25,710 bases of DNA from positions 1-25,710 of the IMG/VR virus record IMGVR_UViG_3300005573_000258. The stretch is one strand, 5' to 3'. The notes under the pieces are model-generated. The model was not told the DNA's origin and ran no database searches. It was given only the letters and a program-made list of their open reading frames with translations. This DNA is from a virus. Lineage: Duplodnaviria; Caudoviricetes. A program made the translations under genes and the position numbers. Below, piece after piece: positions 16,483-24,350 of the stretch; position 1 is the stretch's first letter, and each line of letters starts with the position of its first letter.

Positions 16483-17075
16483 ACAAACATACCTCCATTT
16501 TGTTCTTTACCATTTCCCTTGCAAATTTCATAATATGTATTGATTATTTTCCTTGCGTATTCCTCTGCCTTTGCTCCACTGCCGTTATATCTCTGTATAG
16601 CTTTATACAAATCTCCTTTCGCAAACTTTATATTCTCAGAAATTATATAGCACCCAGCGTAAATATTATATTCTGGCTTAAACATTATGTTGTGAAAAGC
16701 TTCTTCTTTAAAAAAATGCCCGTCCCATACGGTATTTATCTGCATCAATCCATAATCAAATGTGCCGTTTTTATTTGAGTTAATTACATTTTGATTAAAT
16801 TCAGATTCGCAAATTATATGTGCTACAACAAGCTTTGGATCTAAATTAAAATACAAGGAGTTTGTTATTACCACAGAGCAGATTCCTTCGTAATCAATCT
16901 TTGAATTATATATGCCTTTTTGCTTACAATATAGTATTATAGTTTCAGCAAGTTTTGATACTTCATCAGTTTTTTTTATATTTAAAAAATAAAAAATGAC
17001 TATTGCTATAAATAAAATAAAACATGATAGTAGCCATCGAAAAACAGCCTTGATAATCTTATTTAGTTTCTTCAT
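16470..17075 (-). CDS. Lytic transglycosylase (SLT) with N-terminal TM anchor
   Basis: CESEFN (catalytic Glu), DYGLMQIN and YNG motifs; start at 17075 or 17087. Confidence 0.9.
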   Translation of the reverse strand: MKKLNKIIKAVFRWLLSCFILFIAIVIFYFLNIKKTDEVSKLAETIILYCKQKGIYNSKIDYEGICSVVITNSLYFNLDPKLVVAHIICESEFNQNVINSNKNGTFDYGLMQINTVWDGHFFKEEAFHNIMFKPEYNIYAGCYIISENIKFAKGDLYKAIQRYNGSGAKAEEYARKIINTYYEICKGNGKEQNGGMFVWKK

Positions 17076-17427
17076 GCCTTTTAACATATCTTAAAAGAGC
17101 ATTTATTACTATTGCCGCCTCTCGCTTTGTTAATTCTTCTATGCTTCCAATCTGCCTGTTTATTATTCTTGAAATATATTTTTCTTTATTGTTTATATTC
17201 ATTTTTGCCAGTAGTCTATTTATGTAATCCTTTTGTTTTCTACTTATTAAATTACTATTAAACTTTCCTTCAAGGATATTTAAAAGCTTAACAAATTGAT
17301 AGTAATTAAGATTTTTGCTTGAATTTACTCCAAAATTTGAAATCAAAATTTCCCTGTACATATCATCATCAATCCCTTTCTGTTTAAGCAAAATATGTAT
17401 CTTTGCATAAGCCTTTCTATCCAGCAT
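17059..17427 (-). CDS. gemA: GemA/gp16-like regulatory protein (DUF1018)
   Basis: AKIHI...GIDDDMYREIL...FGVNSSKNL; start MLDRK at 17427 with AGGAGG RBS. Confidence 0.82.
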   Translation of the reverse strand: MLDRKAYAKIHILLKQKGIDDDMYREILISNFGVNSSKNLNYYQFVKLLNILEGKFNSNLISRKQKDYINRLLAKMNINNKEKYISRIINRQIGSIEELTKREAAIVINALLRYVKRHEETK

Positions 17428-17446
17428 AACTACCCTCCTACTTTCT

Positions 17447-17522
17447 GCCTGCCTCGTCAGTACGTGGAGGCGATCCCACGTAGACCGCCCCCTTCTCATC
17501 ACCATTCTGGAGCGGTTTCGGC
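17447..17522 (-). ncRNA. Type II hammerhead ribozyme
   Basis: - strand: GCC-GAAA-stem III (ACCGCUCC/GGGGCGGU)-C-stem I (UACGUGG/CCACGUA)-CUGACGA-GGC; complete catalytic core, GUC site with cleavage between 17483 and 17482. Confidence 0.9.
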
Positions 17523-17528
17523 TTCTTA

Positions 17529-18059
17529 TTATGCCGTCACCTTTTCTACTTTCTTTTGTAGAATTTCAATAACCTTTTCCTTCTTCGTTTCATACCAGAA
17601 GGTATCTTCAGAAATCTTTTTTGCCTTTACTGCTGAAAGCTTTCCGTCATCCCAATCCATCATTACCTCTTTGTTCACCTCTTCTTTAATCCTTATCGCC
17701 TCATTAAATCCCATTTGCTTTAATAGCTCAAGCGTTGATTTGCTAATAGAAACTCTCGTGCTTTTTCTGTATCCAATATAGCCGAATTGCAGTTCGATTG
17801 TCTTTTTTCCTTCATCAAGAATTTTTGTTTTATTAAGTTCCGTATATGCAAAGATAGATTCCCCGAGTATCTGTATTCTCTCTGTCATCTCTCTAGCTTT
17901 TGCCTGAGCCTTTTCTCGTATTGCTTGAATCTGTCTTTCTGCATCAAGATTAATTTCATCAATCCCTATCTGAAGCTTTGCTATTTCTAAAAGTGCGCCA
18001 TCCACTCCTTCAAGATTTTCAATCGGGATTAGTTCCCTCTTAATCTTTTCCCTTGCCAT
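17529..18059 (-). CDS. gam: Host-nuclease inhibitor Gam (Mu Gam family)
   Basis: KKTIELQFGYIGYRKS, IRIKEEVNKE and EDTFWYE motifs; early operon position. Confidence 0.9.
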   Translation of the reverse strand: MAREKIKRELIPIENLEGVDGALLEIAKLQIGIDEINLDAERQIQAIREKAQAKAREMTERIQILGESIFAYTELNKTKILDEGKKTIELQFGYIGYRKSTRVSISKSTLELLKQMGFNEAIRIKEEVNKEVMMDWDDGKLSAVKAKKISEDTFWYETKKEKVIEILQKKVEKVTA

Positions 18060-18259
18060 TATATACCTCCAACTTCTTTAATATACAATTCTTCCGCCTC
18101 ATCCACTATCTTCCTTGCAGAGTTCTTAATTCTCATAAGCTTTTCCATATATTCAATACCATTCTTCTTGATTTTCATAAAATCCATAAATTCAAATATA
18201 AGTGTCTTAAAGCTTCTCTCAAGTTCCTCTCTGCTTTTTTGTATTTTTACCTCTGCCAT
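18059..18259 (-). CDS. Hypothetical early protein
   Basis: GGAGG RBS before MAEVK (18259); stop overlaps the gam start. Confidence 0.65.
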   Translation of the reverse strand: MAEVKIQKSREELERSFKTLIFEFMDFMKIKKNGIEYMEKLMRIKNSARKIVDEAEELYIKEVGGI

Positions 18260-18274
18260 ATTTTCCTCCATAAA

Positions 18275-18314
18275 CTTATAAGCTTAAGCTTATAAGCTTA
18301 AGCTTATAAGCTTA
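18275..18314. repeat. 14-bp tandem repeat (about 2.9 copies) forming a 36-bp perfect palindrome
   Basis: (CTTATAAGCTTAAG)2 CTTATAAGCTTA; 18275-18310 is self-complementary; five AAGCTT sites. Confidence 0.95.
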
Positions 18315-19248
18315 TCAATTTTTCTGATGCTTTTTTGATTACAGCTATAGAAATATCTGTCTTGTTATAATATGCGACTCTCTGCGACATTATCAAAAGC
18401 TTTGTCAGCATCCTGGCATTTCCTTTTGTTAAATTATATAAAGTGTCAACTATCGTTTCATCTGGATTTTCAATAACAGTTTCTGTTATAGCTTTTACAT
18501 CTTCTTTTGAAAGTTCTCTAAGTTTAACATGATACATACGACTTGAAATCTGTCTGTATTTCTCTGAAACACCTGTAATGTTGTGGATTAGCCGTGGCAT
18601 ACCTGCAAGCACAATCGGGATGCCTGCTTTGTCGTGAATGCGTCGTAGAATATCCAAAGCTTTTGTCGGAAGATATTCGGCCTCGTCCACAATAATCATT
18701 CGTTCTGTGCCCTTTAGCTTCGATATAATTGCCTTTTCGACTTTGTCTTTTCTTCCTCTTGCCTCAAAACTAAGTGCATCAGCTATTTCCTCCAACACAG
18801 TAGCAACCGTGTAAGTCGGATCAGCCTCAATCAAAATTGCTGAAGGATTTTCCTCAATGTAAGCCTTGAGACTCATCGTTTTTCCAATGCCAGCATCTCC
18901 AGTAAATACCATGATTTGTGCGTCAGCCTGAGCCATATTCATCACATAGCTCATCTGTTCATATACAGAAGTCTGAACAAAAGCAGGTTTCTTAATTTGA
19001 CTGACCGCCTTTTCTCTTTCTCTTTGAATTACAGCCCTTACTTTGCGAATTACAGTTTGAATGTCCCCGGCATACTTTCCCGCAAGCACGCTTGAAAGAG
19101 CAGAAGTTGAAACACCCGCCATATTTGCAAGACGGGATTGAGACATAGAGGGCTCAACCCTTCTTGCATTTGCAAGAAATAAGTTTACCTCGTTTCTAAA
19201 GCTTTCAAATTCACTATCTTTCTGTAAAGCTTCCTGCAATATTTCCAT
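18304..19248 (-). CDS. MuB-like transposition AAA+ ATPase
   Basis: N-terminal HTH and GKYAGD; Walker A GDAGIGKT; Walker B IIVDEAE; follows the transposase. Confidence 0.95.
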   Translation of the reverse strand: MEILQEALQKDSEFESFRNEVNLFLANARRVEPSMSQSRLANMAGVSTSALSSVLAGKYAGDIQTVIRKVRAVIQREREKAVSQIKKPAFVQTSVYEQMSYVMNMAQADAQIMVFTGDAGIGKTMSLKAYIEENPSAILIEADPTYTVATVLEEIADALSFEARGRKDKVEKAIISKLKGTERMIIVDEAEYLPTKALDILRRIHDKAGIPIVLAGMPRLIHNITGVSEKYRQISSRMYHVKLRELSKEDVKAITETVIENPDETIVDTLYNLTKGNARMLTKLLIMSQRVAYYNKTDISIAVIKKASEKLISL

Positions 19249-19266
19249 AAAACTACCTCCTATATA

Positions 19267-21207
19267 TTATTCACCAAAATCTTTTAAAGATTCTCCCTCT
19301 AATAAGCCTTTATTACTCAAAAGTCTATCTTCATTTTTCTTTTCTATCTCAATAGTATTTAGAAGCCTGTTCCAGTCCCCCTTTGCTTCAAGATATTGTC
19401 TTGTTAACTTTGCAATCTTCTTTCGCTTGCTGTTAATTAACCTGTATTCATTCATATCCTTTGCCTTTGCAAGAAGATCAAACGATGCCATTTCAACACG
19501 ATTGGCTCTGAAAAGCACCCTGCCAGCTTTATCCAGGACGAAAATGTGTGAGAAATCATTAGGGTTATAGGCCACCTGCACATTGCGATTGAGATACACC
19601 GACTGGCACAAGCCCATCTCATCCTGATACCACCATTTGTTCCATTTAATTCCCTGATTTCTCACAACTCTCTGCACTCGTGGCATCAGTAAAACCGCAA
19701 GGTCTTTTTCAGCAATATGCCTGCACGATGTGCGGTGCTCTAAGCGCTCCTGATATACTTCATCAGGAGTTTTGCCGTTCATTTCTTTACCTGTATGTGG
19801 CATTGAATTGTATTCCTGTATTTGTAACTTTAAAAGCTCAAAAACTTCTGAAAGAAGCGGAACATTGCTTCCATCTTTTAAGATTAAGGCAAGTTGTTCT
19901 GGCTTGTCTGTTGTATTTTTGCCACTATAGGTCGGGAACATGCGGGAGAAATAGTTATCAAGCGTCCCCCAGAAGCGTTCAATCGGCTTTGACTGTGGAT
20001 TGTATGGTATTGCAAAATGAACCTTTATACCAAGCCTGCCATATAGTCCTTTTGCCATCTCTTCAGAAGCCTCATCAGGATAAAGCTTCCTGAAAAGGTT
20101 TCTTGAAATGCCTATCGTCTGTTTATTTTTGAACGCTTTTCCGTTATCGATAATAATGTTTTCAGGCACAATGTTTCCATTCCAGGTTATAGAATTTGCC
20201 AGAGAGTTTGAAATTAAATCAGTGTTTTCTGTGATGTTAACCGAAGCCCCCATAATTCTTCTTGAAGACATATCCATCCACGCAACAACAACAGGTCGCA
20301 CAACCTTGCCAGTGCCAAACATATCATCCTTTGCAAATATATTTAATGTATGACCATCGCTAACCCATTGCTGATTTGGATATATTTCTTTATAGTTTCT
20401 CTCCATTTTAGGAAGAACCTTATTCTTAAATGCTCCATAACCTTCACGATACATTATTTTGACACTTTCAGAAATTGATTGAATATATCGAAGAACTGTA
20501 AAATAGCTAATTGTTCTTCCCGACTGATCCATCGCACAGTACATCCCTTTTCTTACCCAGCCAGCTTTTATAGCCATCTGTTGCACATACTTCTGAAAGA
20601 GTGCTCTTGCTGAAAGCCCGTGCGAACGGCAATATTCCTTTAGAAAAATCTCTTTCTCTTCCTCTTTCAGCTTTGTTTGCCCTTCTCGTTTGCCATAATC
20701 AGGGGCAAGTGAAGTAATTTTTCCACCAGAAAGGTTATACTGACGTAACCACCGATTTATTGTTCTTGCGCTCGGGCACTTCTTAAGTGATTTAAGAAGC
20801 TCTTTATCCACTTCTCCAGCCTCAAATCTCTTCAGAAATGCCTCCAAAACCTCTGTTTTTGTCCTGAATTTATTAGTCTCAAGTGAAAATTCTTCTTTTA
20901 AGTATTGCAATAGCTTATATCTATTAAAAGCAATTTCTCTCTGCCAGTCTTTTAGTTCTGAAAGCTCTTTTTTTAGTTCGGATGGGATATTTTTTGTGCG
21001 GTATTCAATGATTTGCTTTCTTATTTCTTCAGGAAGAGCTTCAAGTGGATAAATTACAAGTTCTCCAGCACGGCCAACGCCTTCTTTCTTTTCTGAATAT
21101 AAATTTAATTTTGCAATTCTTTTTCTTGCACCTTCAACAGTTATTCCCCAGACAGAAGCAAGCTCTTTTGCTGTTGTGTAATTTATATTCAACTTACTCA
21201 TATCCAA
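19267..21207 (-). CDS. MuA-like DDE transposase
   Basis: N-terminal winged helix (TAKELA...G), WVSDGH, IIDNGKAF, KPIERFW and Mu-transposase C-terminal region; start TTG 21207 or ATG 21201. Confidence 0.95.
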   Translation of the reverse strand: MDMSKLNINYTTAKELASVWGITVEGARKRIAKLNLYSEKKEGVGRAGELVIYPLEALPEEIRKQIIEYRTKNIPSELKKELSELKDWQREIAFNRYKLLQYLKEEFSLETNKFRTKTEVLEAFLKRFEAGEVDKELLKSLKKCPSARTINRWLRQYNLSGGKITSLAPDYGKREGQTKLKEEEKEIFLKEYCRSHGLSARALFQKYVQQMAIKAGWVRKGMYCAMDQSGRTISYFTVLRYIQSISESVKIMYREGYGAFKNKVLPKMERNYKEIYPNQQWVSDGHTLNIFAKDDMFGTGKVVRPVVVAWMDMSSRRIMGASVNITENTDLISNSLANSITWNGNIVPENIIIDNGKAFKNKQTIGISRNLFRKLYPDEASEEMAKGLYGRLGIKVHFAIPYNPQSKPIERFWGTLDNYFSRMFPTYSGKNTTDKPEQLALILKDGSNVPLLSEVFELLKLQIQEYNSMPHTGKEMNGKTPDEVYQERLEHRTSCRHIAEKDLAVLLMPRVQRVVRNQGIKWNKWWYQDEMGLCQSVYLNRNVQVAYNPNDFSHIFVLDKAGRVLFRANRVEMASFDLLAKAKDMNEYRLINSKRKKIAKLTRQYLEAKGDWNRLLNTIEIEKKNEDRLLSNKGLLEGESLKDFGE

Positions 21208-21293
21208 TTATATGGAGAGGGCTTCCCCCTCTCCATCAGCCATTGCCCTACGGGAATGGGATTATAGGAGGTAGTGTTGCGAAATTTCGCCCA

Positions 21294-21431
21294 CTACAGA
21301 TTTCTAAAATACTCTTCTATCTCCCGTCTTTGTTTTCTGCTCGCCTTCTTAAAATGCCTGTAATACCATACCTTTATCTTCCAGACAATCTCTATAAGCC
21401 ATTCTGCAAAACTTTCAATCCAGTATTCCAT
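21294..21431 (-). CDS. 45-aa Trp-rich/basic early protein
   Basis: MEYWIESFAEWLIEIVWKIKVWYYRHFKKASRKQRREIEEYFRNL*; AGGGG RBS; overlaps the upstream gene end. Confidence 0.55.
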   Translation of the reverse strand: MEYWIESFAEWLIEIVWKIKVWYYRHFKKASRKQRREIEEYFRNL

Positions 21432-21723
21432 ATATTCCCCTAATACGGGTTGGGTAATATGCTTCTGGTAAAAAATCTCTTACTTTTTTCTTCTTTTTAT
21501 GTGTCTTTACAACTCCTAATATTCCTCTCGCTCTACCATTTTCCATCGCTTGTTCAATCTTTTTTGCCTGTTTTTTACTCGTCTTTTTTATTATAAAGCC
21601 CATGTTTTTTAGCTCCTCAAGCACATGCAGATCAAAATCGCCTGCTGACCATACTTTTTTACCACTATACACTATTGCCCACATAATTGCACTCCATTTC
21701 AGGATGTGTAATAAAGGATTCAT
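21415..21723 (-). CDS. Hypothetical basic early protein
   Basis: 102-aa ORF in the early operon; start uncertain. Confidence 0.6.
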   Translation of the reverse strand: MNPLLHILKWSAIMWAIVYSGKKVWSAGDFDLHVLEELKNMGFIIKKTSKKQAKKIEQAMENGRARGILGVVKTHKKKKKVRDFLPEAYYPTRIRGIYGILD

Positions 21724-22015
21724 TATACAAACAGAAATCCGTCAGCTCATCCTTCAGCCCAAAGTGTCTATCAAGAAAGCACCTTACAAGGTCTTTATCT
21801 GTCTTAAATTCCTTTTTACACATTTTGCAACATCTCTTTGCTAGCTTTATAATATCTCTTCTAAATTCAGAATCGAAATACTCAAAACTCTCTTCAAAGT
21901 CCAGCACAAACTTTGTCGTACCCTTCCAGTACCTTCCGTTTCTGCACTCAATATATCTCTTTCCGTTTTCAATATAGTATTCAAATCCAATGTTTTTTCC
22001 TGTTATGCTATACAT
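21665..22015 (-). CDS. Hypothetical first early protein (Cys-containing)
   Basis: GAGGGA RBS; first ORF after the early leader; no HTH recognised. Confidence 0.65.
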   Translation of the reverse strand: MYSITGKNIGFEYYIENGKRYIECRNGRYWKGTTKFVLDFEESFEYFDSEFRRDIIKLAKRCCKMCKKEFKTDKDLVRCFLDRHFGLKDELTDFCLYNESFITHPEMECNYVGNSV

Positions 22016-22038
22016 AACATCTTCCCTCGGTATAAATA

Positions 22039-22067
22039 TTGCAAACTCTTTTTTTTAGTTATATACT
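22039..22067 (+). promoter_or_regulatory. Rightward sigma70 promoter, convergent with the early promoter
   Basis: TTGCAA (22039-22044), 17 bp, TATACT (22062-22067); bracketed by the inverted repeat TCGGTATAAA/TTTATACCGA. Confidence 0.65.
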
Positions 22068-22134
22068 TTTTATACCGATTTTAAATCGTGCCAGGCTGGT
22101 TCCCCTCCCTCAAGGTGTCCCAGCCCGGCGTGTT

Positions 22135-22160
22135 GGCGTTATTAAACGCCCTTTTTTCTT
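22135..22160 (+). terminator. Intrinsic terminator/attenuator on the + strand
   Basis: GGCGTT-ATTA-AACGCC followed by CTTTTTTCTT. Confidence 0.65.
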
Positions 22161-22261
22161 TAAATCCCACAATTGGGTGCTATTTAGCCCCGACGGAGCA
22201 AGGCTTTGCCTTGCCCGAGTTGTTTTAACAACCCGGCGGGGTTTAGGTTTTTAAATTGGTG

Positions 22262-22324
22262 CCGATAGTATAATATCGGAAATTTTCCGAATATTTATAA
22301 GTATCTTCCGATATTATATCGGAA
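22262..22324. promoter_or_regulatory. Cluster of palindromic putative repressor operators
   Basis: TTCCGATATTATATCGGAA (22306-22324), TCGGAAATTTTCCGA (22276-22290) and CCGATAGTATAATATCGG (22262-22279). Confidence 0.7.
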
Positions 22325-22341
22325 AATTTTTGTTTTGTCAA
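22313..22341 (-). promoter_or_regulatory. Early lytic promoter (Pe-like)
   Basis: Perfect TTGACA (22341-22336), 17 bp, TATAAT (22318-22313); the -10 box lies inside the 19-bp palindrome. Confidence 0.85.
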
Positions 22342-22372
22342 GTATTTTCTGAAAAATTTTTTAGGATTTTTT

Positions 22373-23098
22373 ATGGCTGATTTAGATTTAGTCCAAAGAT
22401 TTAAAAAAATTAGACAAGAGTTGAAATTAACGCAAGATGAATTAGGTCAAGAGCTTGGTATAACAGGAGCAGCAATAAGTGATATAGAAAGAGGAAAATC
22501 CAATCCGTCTATTGAAATTATTAAAAATTTAGAGACAAAATTAAAAATTAATTCTCGTTGGCTTCTGACTGGCGAAGGAGAAATGTTTTTAGAGCCCTTC
22601 AGGCTTGGGCATACAAGGCTTGGAGAAGGCTATTTATCGGGAGATTTAAGAAATAAAGTGATTGTTGCCGATAAGGACAAAAAAAGTGAGGTGGTTTATT
22701 TGCCGGTTCTTGACACAAAAGTATCGGCTGGATATGGAATTGAAAACTTTGAGGTTGTATATACAGATACATTTGGTATTGAAAGAAGGCTTATATTCCC
22801 TTATTCCCCTGAACGCTGTAAAATTCTACCTGTCCGTGGCGATTCGATGGTTCCAACCCTTTATGAAGGAGATTGGATTATTGTTGCAGAAGGAATTATC
22901 GATACAAACGGAATCTATGTAATCAACCGTGGGGGGCTTTTGTTTGTTAAAAGAATAGAATTTAAACTTGCTTCAAATAGCATTTTAATTAAATCTGACA
23001 ATCCAAACTATGCACCTGAAGAAATTAGCCGAGATAAAATTCAGGAATACTTTGTCATCATAGGCAGAGTTATTCTTCACATACACCCAAGCAGGTAA
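22373..23098 (+). CDS. Phage repressor, XRE HTH plus S24 peptidase (CI/LexA-like)
   Basis: LTQDELG..LGIT...ISDIERG HTH; SAGYG cleavage site; GDSMVP (Ser) and FVKR (Lys). Confidence 0.95.
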   Translation: MADLDLVQRFKKIRQELKLTQDELGQELGITGAAISDIERGKSNPSIEIIKNLETKLKINSRWLLTGEGEMFLEPFRLGHTRLGEGYLSGDLRNKVIVADKDKKSEVVYLPVLDTKVSAGYGIENFEVVYTDTFGIERRLIFPYSPERCKILPVRGDSMVPTLYEGDWIIVAEGIIDTNGIYVINRGGLLFVKRIEFKLASNSILIKSDNPNYAPEEISRDKIQEYFVIIGRVILHIHPSR

Positions 23099-23121
23099 AA
23101 TTTTAAAAGGGGGGAAAGAAA

Positions 23122-24333
23122 ATGAGTACCTTTTTAAGAAAAAGTTTTAAAATGGGACCTGTAAGATTTAATCTTTCAAAAAGTGGTTTAGGTATTTCCA
23201 CTGGAGTTAGAGGATTAAGAGTGGGCTTAAGCGGTAATGGAAAGCCATATATTGCCGGTGGTAGAGGCGGCTTATATTTTAGAAATTATTCCAAAAGCTA
23301 TAGCTCAACTCCTCAACTAAATAGTGCCGAAATTGAAAATATAAAAAGTTCTGATACTTACCAACAAATAACCGAAATGACTCTAAAAAATATAGAGATT
23401 AAATTAGCCTTTAAACAAGGACCTATTTTATTCTTATTCATTTTTATTTCCATATTTTTAATTCTACTTCATCCTGCATTTAGTCTTTTATTTCTTTTTC
23501 TTTGCTTTTATGTCATATTTAAGGCAGCAAAACTTCTCATTTATGAAATTAAAGCAAAAGGATTTGTAAAAAAATTTGAAAACTTATCTAATAAAGAGAA
23601 AATTTGCGAAGTAATTGAACAGCTTAAAAAGATTAGCCAAATAAAAAACAAAGAAATTTGTAAGTTTATGTTCTCCAAAGCTCTTATTGTAATCTTTCCA
23701 CACATTGCAGAAGATAGAATATTATCAAAAGAAGAAGAAGAATTATTAAAGATTATAAAAGACAATCTCGGAGAAACAAAAACAGATTTAGGGGTATATT
23801 TTTTAGAAACTTTTCTTTTTAATTTCACTCAAGATAAAGAATTAGATGAAAATGAAGAAACTTTTCTTGAAAAAATTATAAATATTTTTGAGTTGCCTGA
23901 AGAAAACATCACTGAATATAAAAAAATAATAGAGTATTACAAAAAACTTAGACAATTAAAGATTGAAAAACTACAACCAATAGTGCCCAGTGTCAAGAAT
24001 ATCAAAGAAGCTGAAGAATGTTATTATGAAACAGAGTGTAAAATATTAAAAAATACCATAGTTAAAAGATTCACCTCTAATGGAGTAAGGCATAAAATAA
24101 CTTCTTTTATTACAGACAAGGAAGGGAAAGTGTTTATAACTAAATCAACACTTCAAATTATAGCTGATGGGCACAAAGTTTTTAAGTTATCACAAATATT
24201 GGCAGTTAATTACGCACCCGAAGAAAATGGAATTTTAGAACTTACAATCTCTGGTAGAAAGGAACCAATATACATTTCTACCCCCGAAATAGAAAAAACT
24301 ATGATAATTATTAGCAAACTTAAAGAAAATTAA
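23122..24333 (+). CDS. DUF4236-domain membrane protein (cargo)
   Basis: N-terminal RKSFKMGPVRFNLSKSGLGISTG...GLYFR; hydrophobic hairpin; TerB-like D..L...EE..L repeats; beta-rich C-terminus. Confidence 0.8.
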   Translation: MSTFLRKSFKMGPVRFNLSKSGLGISTGVRGLRVGLSGNGKPYIAGGRGGLYFRNYSKSYSSTPQLNSAEIENIKSSDTYQQITEMTLKNIEIKLAFKQGPILFLFIFISIFLILLHPAFSLLFLFLCFYVIFKAAKLLIYEIKAKGFVKKFENLSNKEKICEVIEQLKKISQIKNKEICKFMFSKALIVIFPHIAEDRILSKEEEELLKIIKDNLGETKTDLGVYFLETFLFNFTQDKELDENEETFLEKIINIFELPEENITEYKKIIEYYKKLRQLKIEKLQPIVPSVKNIKEAEECYYETECKILKNTIVKRFTSNGVRHKITSFITDKEGKVFITKSTLQIIADGHKVFKLSQILAVNYAPEENGILELTISGRKEPIYISTPEIEKTMIIISKLKEN

Positions 24334-24350
24334 AGGAGGAGGAAAGCAAT

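Noticed and set aside
17428-17505. N-terminal extension of GemA from the track start at 17505; likewise extensions at 15689, 6717, 16195 and 3241
   Set aside because: They run through the ribozyme, terminator, promoter or upstream gene, while downstream ATGs have clear RBSs or coupled starts
18275-18314. CRISPR-like array (also considered for 25191-25588)
   Set aside because: No unique, regularly sized spacers and no cas genes
22160-22241. tRNA or pistol ribozyme in the early leader
   Set aside because: No T-loop (TTCRA), anticodon arm or CCA; the TAAATAG motif lacks the pistol pseudoknot
22039-22254. 71-aa + strand ORF in the control region
   Set aside because: Its TTG is the -35 box of the promoter, it has no RBS, and it crosses a terminator and RNA structures
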